From a candidate division WWE3 bacterium (lineage in GTDB: Bacteria; Patescibacteriota; WWE3; UBA101185; UBA10185): 64,000 nt of DNA. The stretch covers positions 703,771 through 767,770 of the forward strand of contig JBPOHV010000001.1 in NCBI GenBank assembly GCA_052035175.1, given 5' to 3'. Each line of letters starts with the position of its first letter. The stretch's first letter is position 1. The notes under the pieces are model-generated. The model was given only the letters and a program-made list of their open reading frames with translations, was not told where the DNA came from and did no database searches. Positions 29,807 to 38,402 of the stretch are shown here, in pieces. The position numbers and the translations under genes are program-made.

Positions 29807-30736
29807 ATGAATATTGCTTTTTTTAGTACATCAGATAAATCTATTCCAGTCTTAGAAACTCTTTATAAAAATTTCAAAGTTGTAATGTGTGTAACAAAGC
29901 CAGACGTGGCAGTTGGGAGAAAAAGAGTACTCAGAGAAAATGCTACAAAGACTTTTTGTAAAAGAAATAATATCCCCTATCTCGAAGTAGAAAACCTGAA
30001 AAATGAATCAGCCACTGGTGTATTGAATGCTTTGGATAAGTATAATGTACAAATTGGCATTGTGGCTGATTTTGCCTTTATTATTCCAGAAAGTGTTTTT
30101 AAGAAACCACAATTTGGGCTAATTAATATTCATTTTTCAAAATTACCTCAATACCGTGGAGCTTCTCCTGTGCAATTTACTGTAAAAGACAGATGCCAAT
30201 CTGCTGGGATAACACTCCACTTGATAGATAAAGGCATGGATACAGGCGATATAGTGTATCAAACCCAAATAAAACTAGAAGGTAATGAGAACTCTGAGAC
30301 TTTATATAACACACTCTTTGAACATACGGCTACATGGATTACTCAAATCTTAAATAATTACACTAGCGGAATATTAAAACCTATCAAGCAAGTCGACGAG
30401 GAAGCTACATATACGAGATCTTTGAGCAATCCAAAAGTTACATTTATTCAAAAAGAAGACGCCGAAATTAATTGGACAAATGATATCCAAAGTATAGAAG
30501 CCTGCATAAGAGCCTATTATCCATGGCCTATCGCCTGGACATACCTAAAAAACATCGAACACAACGATAAACTTATGTACGACTTAAGCCTAAAATTAGA
30601 GATTAATAAAGATATAAAAATTAAAATTTATACAGCCAAAATTGTTGAAAATAAAATATTACCAATAGAAATACAACTCGAAAACAAAAATAAAATGACG
30701 TGGAATGACTTCTTAAATGGCTATACTGCAAACTAA
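29807..30736 (+). CDS. fmt: Methionyl-tRNA formyltransferase
   Basis: INIHFSKLPQYRGASP, GMDTGDI, PWP; follows def. Confidence 0.92.
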   Translation: MNIAFFSTSDKSIPVLETLYKNFKVVMCVTKPDVAVGRKRVLRENATKTFCKRNNIPYLEVENLKNESATGVLNALDKYNVQIGIVADFAFIIPESVFKKPQFGLINIHFSKLPQYRGASPVQFTVKDRCQSAGITLHLIDKGMDTGDIVYQTQIKLEGNENSETLYNTLFEHTATWITQILNNYTSGILKPIKQVDEEATYTRSLSNPKVTFIQKEDAEINWTNDIQSIEACIRAYYPWPIAWTYLKNIEHNDKLMYDLSLKLEINKDIKIKIYTAKIVENKILPIEIQLENKNKMTWNDFLNGYTAN

Positions 30737-30746
30737 AAGCTGCTTG

Positions 30747-30995
30747 TTAGGCTGTTACTTTAACTTTTTCTGCAGTTAAAGCTTTTTCTAATTTCGCTGT
30801 TTCAAATTTGATGCGTTTGATGCAAGAGCTGCAAATAGTATATCTTTTGGCTGTACCATCGATAACAATACGCTTACTAAACAAATTTGGTAATTTGCGA
30901 ACTGTAGTACGGCGAGTTACACGCTTACCAATACCACGGGGCACTAAATTGCCTTTTTGATAGCCTTTATTACAAATTTCACAAACCTTTGACAT
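30747..30995 (-). CDS. rpmB: 50S ribosomal protein L28
   Basis: MSKVCEICNK...PNL...CSSCIK. Confidence 0.9.
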   Translation of the reverse strand: MSKVCEICNKGYQKGNLVPRGIGKRVTRRTTVRKLPNLFSKRIVIDGTAKRYTICSSCIKRIKFETAKLEKALTAEKVKVTA

Positions 30996-31101
30996 AGCGA
31001 AGTTGATTTAACCACGATAATCTATTTTTTTCAATACTGTACAATAGAGATGCTTATGCTAGAATTTTGAAGCCTGCTTAGCATAAGACACTAACTTATG
31101 T

Positions 31102-31178
31102 GCCTGAGTAGCTCAGATGGTTAGAGCGGCGGTTTTGTAAACCGCAGGTAGTGGGTTCGATCCCCACCTCAGGCTCCA
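31102..31178 (+). tRNA. tRNA-Thr (UGU)
   Basis: Acceptor GCCTGAG/CTCAGGC, anticodon arm GCGGT-ttTGTaa-ACCGC, GGTTCGATCC, encoded CCA. Confidence 0.96.
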
Positions 31179-31188
31179 GAAAACACGT

Positions 31189-31274
31189 GCCGGGTTACCG
31201 AAGCGGTCAAACGGGACTGACTGTAAATCAGTTGGCTTATGCCTACGGGGGTCCAAATCCCTCACCCGGCACCA
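31189..31274 (+). tRNA. tRNA-Tyr (GUA)
   Basis: GCCGGGT/ACCCGGC, anticodon arm ACTGA-ctGTAaa-TCAGT, long variable arm, CCA. Confidence 0.95.
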
Positions 31275-31301
31275 TTAATAAAAAATTTACATGTATCTTC
31301 A

Positions 31302-31376
31302 GCCTGGGTAGTTCAGTGGTAGAACGCTTCCATGGTAAGGAAGAAGTCGCGAGTCCGATTCTCGCCCCAGGCTCCA
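31302..31376 (+). tRNA. tRNA-Thr (GGU)
   Basis: GCCTGGG/CCCAGGC, anticodon arm CTTCC-atGGTaa-GGAAG, CCA. Confidence 0.95.
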
Positions 31377-31623
31377 GTAAAACCATACCATGGGGCTAGG
31401 CCCGGCTTAACCCTTTTTAAAAATATACAGCTTCACCATAAGTTAATTTCACAACTACACAAATAAAGTATTAGGGATTGGTATTAAAGTGATTAAATGC
31501 GTTCGAGTAAAAGAATAGAACGAAGGCTTAGCCCGGCTAGGCCCTTAATAGAACCGCACCGGCGAGGAAGAAAAAGGAAGGCATGGCCTAAGGCCTTTCT
31601 CCCTCACCGGGCACACGGCAACT

Positions 31624-32106
31624 TTAAGGAGTTGCCAGTTTAAAGTAATATATCGGGTATGTTATCTCCCCCCCGGAGACGCCAGTACCTGTTAACGTGA
31701 GGATAGGTACCTCACGATAAATTTTCTCTAATGGCCCGGAGAAAGGGCCATCAGTGTAGTACGGTACTGTAAGGCTTGGAAAATCGTACCAAAGACGACC
31801 TTCCACATTACGCGGGGCATAAGCTGTCAGGACGACCCGATCGTCCAACAAGCCCCGCTTACCACCAGCAGTAACATGGAGACGTAAATTCTCCACGAAA
31901 CCGTTTTCGAATTTTAAGACGAGAGTGAATTCACTCCCATCAAAAAATTCGGCAGTACCATCCTGCTTAAATTCAGCGCTCGTAATAGATATGAGCGCGC
32001 TGTCTTCAGGACCAGTTGGTCCTGAGGGCGTTGGCGAGGAACAACTTACCAACCAACAAAAAACCCCTAATAATAATAGGGGCATCAACCATTTTGCGCG
32101 TTTCAT
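31624..32106 (-). CDS. GC-rich putative lipoprotein
   Basis: GGAGG SD; MKRAKW-hydrophobic-LVSC lipobox; Pro/Ser linker; TTGCCA-17-TAGTAT upstream. Confidence 0.7.
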   Translation of the reverse strand: MKRAKWLMPLLLLGVFCWLVSCSSPTPSGPTGPEDSALISITSAEFKQDGTAEFFDGSEFTLVLKFENGFVENLRLHVTAGGKRGLLDDRVVLTAYAPRNVEGRLWYDFPSLTVPYYTDGPFSGPLEKIYREVPILTLTGTGVSGGEITYPIYYFKLATP

Positions 32107-32276
32107 CGCGACCTCCAATGAAAAAAAGATTCTACTCTATCTCCAGCAGCTTGGTTGATAGAATTAGTATCAGATATACTACCCTATAGTTGTGTTTTTG
32201 GCAAATTAAAACTAGACCTGGTCTGACCAGGTCCTATATGTTAATCCCCCACTTTATGTGTATAATCATGTAGCCT

Positions 32277-32350
32277 AGGGGCGTCGTATAGTGGTAGTAC
32301 AGCGGTCTCCAAAACCGCTTGCGGGGGTTCAATTCCCTCCGCCCCTGCCA
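32277..32350 (+). tRNA. tRNA-Trp (CCA)
   Basis: AGGGGCG/CGCCCCT, anticodon arm GCGGT-ctCCAaa-ACCGC, GGTTCAATTCC, CCA. Confidence 0.96.
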
Positions 32351-32356
32351 ATAATA

Positions 32357-32623
32357 TCAATCTACTAGCGTGTCATACGGAGAGCATTGATAAGGCATAC
32401 CATAGCATTTTGCTTGTAATAGTATTTTTTCTTTATACCCTTTACCCATGTCTTCATAGCCTACTAAGGGAGTTCTATATCCCATACACTTACAAATCCT
32501 GCCACTACTACTAAATAACCAACCTCCATCAGGAAATGAAACAACAGATTTCGGATAAAAAAATAAAGTCAAAAGAATAAGTAACACAATGAATACTATC
32601 CAAGTTTGTATTTTATTAAACAT
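32357..32623 (-). CDS. Small membrane-anchored Cys-containing protein
   Basis: N-terminal TM, CKCMG and CYG..C, TATAAT just upstream. Confidence 0.65.
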   Translation of the reverse strand: MFNKIQTWIVFIVLLILLTLFFYPKSVVSFPDGGWLFSSSGRICKCMGYRTPLVGYEDMGKGYKEKILLQAKCYGMPYQCSPYDTLVD

Positions 32624-32886
32624 ACAGATTTATTATAGAAATTTATCATACGATTAGCCAGTACATTCCAATTATAATCACATAATATACACAGCACACT
32701 ATCAAGTAGCTCAGGTGGTCTGCCAGCGCCCGGACAACCGTAGTGCCAGTTATCACTCGGTGGATATAAAAGTGAAGTTGGAAATAAGGCTGTATTTAAA
32801 CTAGTAGAAGATCAGCGCTGTACTAAGCTGAAACGTGCACACATGAATTAAGGGGAATATTGTATAAGATAACAAGTTATTATTAA

Positions 32887-33189
32887 TTATTCAGAGAAAG
32901 AAGGCGTACAATCGGTGCTTAGGCTTTCTATAAGATCCCAAACACTATCTTTGGAAGGTTGCTGGACCATATAAGTTTCTCCAGACTTAGCTCGCAAAAC
33001 TAGCACTTTACTTGTCTCAGAAGAAGTTAATGATTTCACTTTACAAGATAAAATCATGTCTTCTGCGACTGTCCACTCGATATAACTGTGCTTCTTAGAC
33101 TTTTGCAATACAAAATTATATAAAAACAAAGTCAGTACAAAAAGGATGCCTAGCAATATATATGATTTTTTACTTAATGCTAACTTCAT
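32887..33189 (-). CDS. Small membrane-anchored hypothetical protein
   Basis: N-terminal TM, two Cys. Confidence 0.6.
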   Translation of the reverse strand: MKLALSKKSYILLGILFVLTLFLYNFVLQKSKKHSYIEWTVAEDMILSCKVKSLTSSETSKVLVLRAKSGETYMVQQPSKDSVWDLIESLSTDCTPSFSE

Positions 33190-33207
33190 TTTATTTCTAG
33201 TAATATT

Positions 33208-35649
33208 CTATGCCAATTGTCTTCTAAAAATCCACTTAGAAATTTCTATCAATATTAATGTTAACACCGATGCACCAAAAATATATATCCAATATACACT
33301 TGGCCAAACTATTTGGAAAAACTGCCTAGTTTCTACAAACAAAAATGGAAACACTTGTAATATTAAACCCGCAAGAACAGCGATTTGCAAATATTTATTG
33401 TCAAAAAGACGTTTACCTATAATAGAATTCTTGAGATGCCTTATAGAATAAACATATAACAATGAATTAACACCCATTGTGGCAAATGCAACTGATCTTG
33501 CAAGTATGAGATTGCCGGTATCATTATAAACGATCGCAAACAGTATGAATGCAAAAAAACCTGAGGCCAAAGAAACTATACCCATCAAGTATTTCATCCA
33601 AGGGGCTATCAACTGTGACGAAGTATCGCGCGGCGGGTCTTGCATTATATCTTTTGACTTTGTATCTATTGTTAGAGCAAGGCTAGGAAACCCATCGGAA
33701 ACTAAATTGATCCACAGTAATTGCGACGCAGTTGCCGGCGAAGGGAAACCAGTTATCAAAGCCAATAATATAGTACTTATTTCTTGAAAAGCGCCACTCA
33801 TTAAATAAAGAATAACTTTACGTATATTTTCGAATATACCCCTACCCTCTTCAACAGCATCAACAACCGTTGTAAAGCTAGAATTCAATAAGATTAAGTC
33901 TGCAGTTTCTTTTGCTACATCAGTAGCCTCATTTACAACGACACCAATATCAGATCTGGCTAATGCAGGTGCATCATTTACACCATCACCCAACATTGCT
34001 ACTACCTCGCCGTTTGCCTTTAGTGCATTAATTATTTGTAATTTTTGCGCAGGAGAAGTACGAGCAAATAATTTAACATCTGTTGTTGACTTCAAAAGCT
34101 TTTCTAAATGCTTTTGCGTCATATTGGTCAAATCAGTTCCCAAATATATCTGAGAAACATTTATATCTAGTTGTGCCAAAACCGCTTTGGCGGTATCAGC
34201 ATAGTCCCCAGTTATAATGACAAGTTTTATACCAGCTAACATTGCACGCTTTAAAGATTGTGAAACATCTGGCCTCACAGGGTCTGAAAATGCCAAGAAA
34301 CCTACCCATGTGTAATCTACACCCAAGTTATCTGCATCAATAGATGTAATAGCTTTATTCACTGGCTTTTGGATATAACCTATCAACCGCATTCCTTTTT
34401 GAGATAACTCTTTTATTTGTAATCGGATTTTGGACTTTTCAGAAGAAGAAAGGGCCGTCATTTCTAAAACTACTTCTGGCGCGCCGTTTATAAATAAAAT
34501 ATTGTTGTGTGTATGCTTTGCAAGCACAGCAAAATACTTGGTCTCAGATGAAAATGGAATACTATCGAGACGGGCATATTTTGCAAAAAGCTCTTTACCA
34601 TCCAAGACCAAGGTCTTCGACCAATTACTTGCTGCAATCTCTAACGGATCTGCCATATCGTTTGCTATGGTTACTTGGAAGGCTAACTTATCTATATCGC
34701 CTTGAGTTTCTTGTACAGCCATTTTTCCATATGTAAGTGTTCCAGTTTTATCAGTACAAATCGTAGTAACGCCACCCAAAGTTTCTGCCGATGCCAAATT
34801 GCGCACCAAACCTTGCTTTAACAAAATCCTTTGCATACCCAAAGCTAAAACCGCAGTAAACGATACTAGCAAGCCTTCTGGTATAGCTGATACTGCCAAA
34901 GCTACAGATGTAATAAAAATTTCAACAGGATTATTTCCCAACAAAAGGCCAATAAAAAAAACTAGAACTGTAAGAACCAAAATAAAAACTGAAAGCTTTC
35001 TACTAAATAAATTGAGCTGTTTCGCAAGTGGAGTTGGCTCTTTACTTTCTTGTATAGAACTTGCAATCTTACCAATTTCGGTATTGCTACCAGTATGTTC
35101 GACCTGTAGCAGCCCTTGACCAGATATAATTACTGTTCCCATAAATACCTTATCAGACCGTATTCTCGACACAGCGTCTGATTCACCTGTTATAGCCGCT
35201 TCTGAAACAAATAACCGGTTTGCTTCCAACATGACACCATCAGCTGGTATTTTGTCTCCGGCGTTTAAAATCACTAAATCGCCAGGAACTAAGTGAGATG
35301 TATGTATTTTTTGTTCGCGCGCATCTCTTATCACAAGTGCGTAAGTTTGAACTAGTGACTTGAGTGCCGTAAGAGAATCATTTGCTTTCTTTTCTTGGAT
35401 AAAGCCCAAAATTGTATTTATGAATACTGAAAGTAATATGATCAGCGTGTCTGACCAATGGTTTAGAAACATAGTAATTATGGCGGCAAAAAGCAACACA
35501 TATACCAATGGATTTTTTAATTGTGAAATAAATAACAATAAGCTCGAAACTTGAGGCTTTTCAGGCAAAACATTTTTACCATGTTTCTTTAGCAAATCGT
35601 TGCTTTGAATTGTCGTCAAACCTGGGTACTGAATAATATAAAAAGACAT
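33208..35649 (-). CDS. Cation-transporting P-type ATPase (type II, Ca2+-like)
   Basis: TGES, PEGL, DKTGTLT, DPVR, TGD, GDGVNDAPAL, QLLWINLVSD; start probably the ATG at 35649. Confidence 0.93.
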   Translation of the reverse strand: MSFYIIQYPGLTTIQSNDLLKKHGKNVLPEKPQVSSLLLFISQLKNPLVYVLLFAAIITMFLNHWSDTLIILLSVFINTILGFIQEKKANDSLTALKSLVQTYALVIRDAREQKIHTSHLVPGDLVILNAGDKIPADGVMLEANRLFVSEAAITGESDAVSRIRSDKVFMGTVIISGQGLLQVEHTGSNTEIGKIASSIQESKEPTPLAKQLNLFSRKLSVFILVLTVLVFFIGLLLGNNPVEIFITSVALAVSAIPEGLLVSFTAVLALGMQRILLKQGLVRNLASAETLGGVTTICTDKTGTLTYGKMAVQETQGDIDKLAFQVTIANDMADPLEIAASNWSKTLVLDGKELFAKYARLDSIPFSSETKYFAVLAKHTHNNILFINGAPEVVLEMTALSSSEKSKIRLQIKELSQKGMRLIGYIQKPVNKAITSIDADNLGVDYTWVGFLAFSDPVRPDVSQSLKRAMLAGIKLVIITGDYADTAKAVLAQLDINVSQIYLGTDLTNMTQKHLEKLLKSTTDVKLFARTSPAQKLQIINALKANGEVVAMLGDGVNDAPALARSDIGVVVNEATDVAKETADLILLNSSFTTVVDAVEEGRGIFENIRKVILYLMSGAFQEISTILLALITGFPSPATASQLLWINLVSDGFPSLALTIDTKSKDIMQDPPRDTSSQLIAPWMKYLMGIVSLASGFFAFILFAIVYNDTGNLILARSVAFATMGVNSLLYVYSIRHLKNSIIGKRLFDNKYLQIAVLAGLILQVFPFLFVETRQFFQIVWPSVYWIYIFGASVLTLILIEISKWIFRRQLA

Positions 35650-35681
35650 ATACAAAAAGTATATCAGTAACTAGTTGTGCT

Positions 35682-35734
35682 TGGTGCACCGGATTGAAAG
35701 TGTGCCTCATGGCAAGTTATCAACCCAGTGCACC
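35682..35734. repeat. 53-bp imperfect palindrome, copy 1
   Basis: TGGTGCACCGGATTGAAAGTGTGCCTCATGGCAAGTTATCAACCCAGTGCACC; two mismatches to copy 2. Confidence 0.9.
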
Positions 35735-35739
35735 TGTGG

Positions 35740-35949
35740 TCATTTACGAGTTACTAATCTGTAAATGACCACTACTATAAGAAAAATGAACAGCAGCCCC
35801 GGGATGGGGCTTTCGGCGGCTTCAGCAGCCGCCATTTGCTCTGCGGATACCGAAGTACCCTGCAGAGCTGATTGATAGCATATCGGCCCTAAAAGGAGCG
35901 ATATGAGTAGAAGAAAAACAATTACCTGACTTTTAAATGTCCTAAGCAT
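35740..35949 (-). CDS. Small two-TM membrane protein (69 aa)
   Basis: GGAAAGGAGTG SD before MLRTFKSQ; start moved from 36126. Confidence 0.65.
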   Translation of the reverse strand: MLRTFKSQVIVFLLLISLLLGPICYQSALQGTSVSAEQMAAAEAAESPIPGLLFIFLIVVVIYRLVTRK

Positions 35950-36084
35950 AGGACACTCCTTTCCAAGATTCCAATCTATGATAGGAAATAGAACCTTGGG
36001 TAGTTTGTATGGATAAGTAGAAATTATACCTAAATAGACGTCTTTGCAAATTTTAAAATTGTATTTTTTGAGTGTATTACCCGA

Positions 36085-36137
36085 TGGTGCACCGGATTGA
36101 AAGTGTGCCTCACGGCAAGTTATCAACCCGGTGCACC
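36085..36137. repeat. 53-bp imperfect palindrome, copy 2
   Basis: TGGTGCACCGGATTGAAAGTGTGCCTCACGGCAAGTTATCAACCCGGTGCACC. Confidence 0.9.
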
Positions 36138-36141
36138 GTAT

Positions 36142-36525
36142 TCATGGCTTGTAACGCCAAACCATGAATGCGAACACAAATATCGCCAGAGCCGTCATTA
36201 CGGCGATGGCCACGATGGTTTGGCCAGTGGTACCAGGGGTACCAGTGGTAATCTCAGCAGCGGTGAGTTCTGGACGCTGTTGAGCGGCCCCCCCACCCCC
36301 ACTAACCAGAGGCAAGAAAACTGCTTCTGCAGCACCAGCTGCAGAGGTTGCTTCTTGCTGAGGTGTTTGGCCTGAGAAGTAGCCAAACACCGTTGTGTGG
36401 CTCGGGCCTAACCAAAAAATGGCAGCCCCTACCACCGCGATAAGAAGCACTGCGGCGCCAATAAGTAGTTTGGTGACATCATACTTTGCTATGACGCCGT
36501 CGGCGCTAAGTTTCGTTTTCATCAT
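36142..36525 (-). CDS. GC-rich two-TM membrane protein with a VFLPLV motif
   Basis: GGAAAAGGAGTG SD, two hydrophobic segments, low-complexity linker. Confidence 0.7.
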   Translation of the reverse strand: MMKTKLSADGVIAKYDVTKLLIGAAVLLIAVVGAAIFWLGPSHTTVFGYFSGQTPQQEATSAAGAAEAVFLPLVSGGGGAAQQRPELTAAEITTGTPGTTGQTIVAIAVMTALAIFVFAFMVWRYKP

Positions 36526-36682
36526 TCACTCCTTTTCCAATTCCAAAGTTACAACCACACGGCTGAATAACTTTGGAACATTAGTAAGATAGAAAATATA
36601 CCTAAATAAGATTTTTTGCAAACCTATAGTTGCTAGAAGTTCTCCTGGTGACTCATAAAGTCTCCTTGATATAATTCCACAC

Positions 36683-37387
36683 ATGAACAAAAGCTTAATT
36701 TACAAAACCACACTGGTAACTTTTATCACCATCGCATTAGTTGTTTTTTCATTAGTAATGAGAAACGACACTACAATAATAGAACACCGCATTACAAGAT
36801 CATTTGCAGACACAAGTTTTACTTTGCTATGTATAACATTAGCAATCGGACCACTTTCAAAATTACGCACATACTTCACAAAATTTATCCAGTTCCGCAG
36901 GCAATTTGGGATATCTACATTTGTAACAGCAGCATTTCATGGAATATCAGCGTCATATTTATTTGCAAACTTTAATTTATTGACAATGCTTGGCGTAGAA
37001 TATTCATCCCAGGCAAATACATTTATAAGAATCATGCCAAGTGGTTTTGGAATCGCAAATCTTATGGCTATAGTTGCATTTATAGTATTACTTGTACTCT
37101 GTCTAACATCCACCGACTTTGCAATTAATAAATTAGGTAGTGCAAGTTGGAAATGGTTGCACAGAATGGTATATGTGGCCTTCTATTTGACCTTCTTACA
37201 CGCTTTTTACTACATTTTTATGCATTACATGCCGTCAAGTGTTAAACAGGCTCAAGCAGATATAGAAGCTAACTGGTTTGGCACACTATTTTTGATATCA
37301 GGATTTGGAGTAATCTTGCTACAAATATTTGCGTTTATTAAAACTGTAAAGCTCATGCAAATGAATAAACCCACAATTAATCAATAG
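36683..37387 (+). CDS. Ferric reductase-like transmembrane protein (MsrQ/YedZ-like)
   Basis: RRQFGI..F....H, LTS, LG..WKWLHRMVY...LH. Confidence 0.85.
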   Translation: MNKSLIYKTTLVTFITIALVVFSLVMRNDTTIIEHRITRSFADTSFTLLCITLAIGPLSKLRTYFTKFIQFRRQFGISTFVTAAFHGISASYLFANFNLLTMLGVEYSSQANTFIRIMPSGFGIANLMAIVAFIVLLVLCLTSTDFAINKLGSASWKWLHRMVYVAFYLTFLHAFYYIFMHYMPSSVKQAQADIEANWFGTLFLISGFGVILLQIFAFIKTVKLMQMNKPTINQ

Positions 37388-37946
37388 CTGGTTTTTTGCA
37401 CAAAACCACATGAAATGTACCATTATCATCGGTGTAGTGTGACTTTTCTGGTATTACGACAGCTGTGTCTTCTAACACAATGTTAAACCCAGAATTTATT
37501 AAATATTCATGAGTATGTTCAGCTGTATGTACAGCAATATCGGTGCTTGTCGGAAAATAATTATCGCATAAAAATAAAATACCCCCAGGTCTAAGCTTAT
37601 TAAAAATTTGGCTAAGAATTGCTGCTCGCGACTCTTCATTACTAGCGAAAATATATGTATTTGCAAACCATACAGCATCTAACGAGTTGGCAGAAATTGG
37701 TAAAGATAGCATATCAGCAGCAATTTTATCTGCTGGATTTGATATAGACCTCTTCAATGTAGGTATTTTTATGTCTGCACTAATAACTTTATGCTTATGG
37801 TCATGAAAATACGCAGAATCGGCACCACTATTGGCTCCCAAATCAAGAATAAGTGAGTTTCTAGGCACCAATGATAAGAATTTATCACGATATTTTGACC
37901 AGCTAACTTCATTTTTTGGAGTTTCAAGTGGTATGACTTCTAACAT
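37377..37946 (-). CDS. Class I SAM-dependent methyltransferase
   Basis: ILDLGANSG, ADMLSLP, LRPGG. Confidence 0.85.
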   Translation of the reverse strand: MLEVIPLETPKNEVSWSKYRDKFLSLVPRNSLILDLGANSGADSAYFHDHKHKVISADIKIPTLKRSISNPADKIAADMLSLPISANSLDAVWFANTYIFASNEESRAAILSQIFNKLRPGGILFLCDNYFPTSTDIAVHTAEHTHEYLINSGFNIVLEDTAVVIPEKSHYTDDNGTFHVVLCKKPAID

Positions 37947-38035
37947 GCGATTAATATATCAAATATAAATTTGCATTCCTACACAATGAGGGCCGCGACC
38001 TAATGACTGAGTCTACCCTTCCTCGCTAGCTCAAA

Positions 38036-38246
38036 ATAAAAAAACCCCTCGTTTTCACTCGAGGGGTTTATGCGCCATAAATCATATATATATAATTACG
38101 CCCCGCGCTAGCGGGACAAAGCTACACAATCATGCTAAAAAATGATTGCAGTCCCAATGTGTCGAGCCGCTGAACCCAGTCCTCCCTAGGCAAGGTGGGC
38201 ATAATCTGTTAACCATCTCCTCAGAGACAGCTTTCAAATGCCCGGC
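38036..38246 (-). ncRNA. Unassigned structured RNA candidate with intrinsic terminator
   Basis: GC-rich, no ORF, several stems, AAACCCCTCG/CGAGGGGTTT plus T-run at the 3' end. Confidence 0.45.
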
Positions 38247-38402
38247 ATAGGAATAAATGCAGAGCGACTTTTGTCAACTTAAACGAACACACCAGGAAAA
38301 GAAACCTAACTCTAAAAACTTAATATAAAATTAAATTTCTTTCTATATTTAGGATAACAAATGTAATACACGAGTCAACGTAATATAAAAGATATCAGAT
38401 TG

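Noticed and set aside
31151-31399. 82-aa ORF
   Set aside because: It overlaps three clear tRNA genes
32775-32802. AAGTTGGAAATAAGGCT resembles a Cas9 tracrRNA segment
   Set aside because: Short match only; no cas genes or CRISPR array in the window
35682-36137. 53-bp repeats as a CRISPR array or integron attC sites
   Set aside because: Only two copies ~350 bp apart with a gene between them; no RYYYAAC/GTTRRRY ends and no integrase seen
38155-38190. GGGTTCAGCGGCTCGAC as a tmRNA 5' end
   Set aside because: No matching T-arm/acceptor 3' end with CCA and no convincing tag reading frame found
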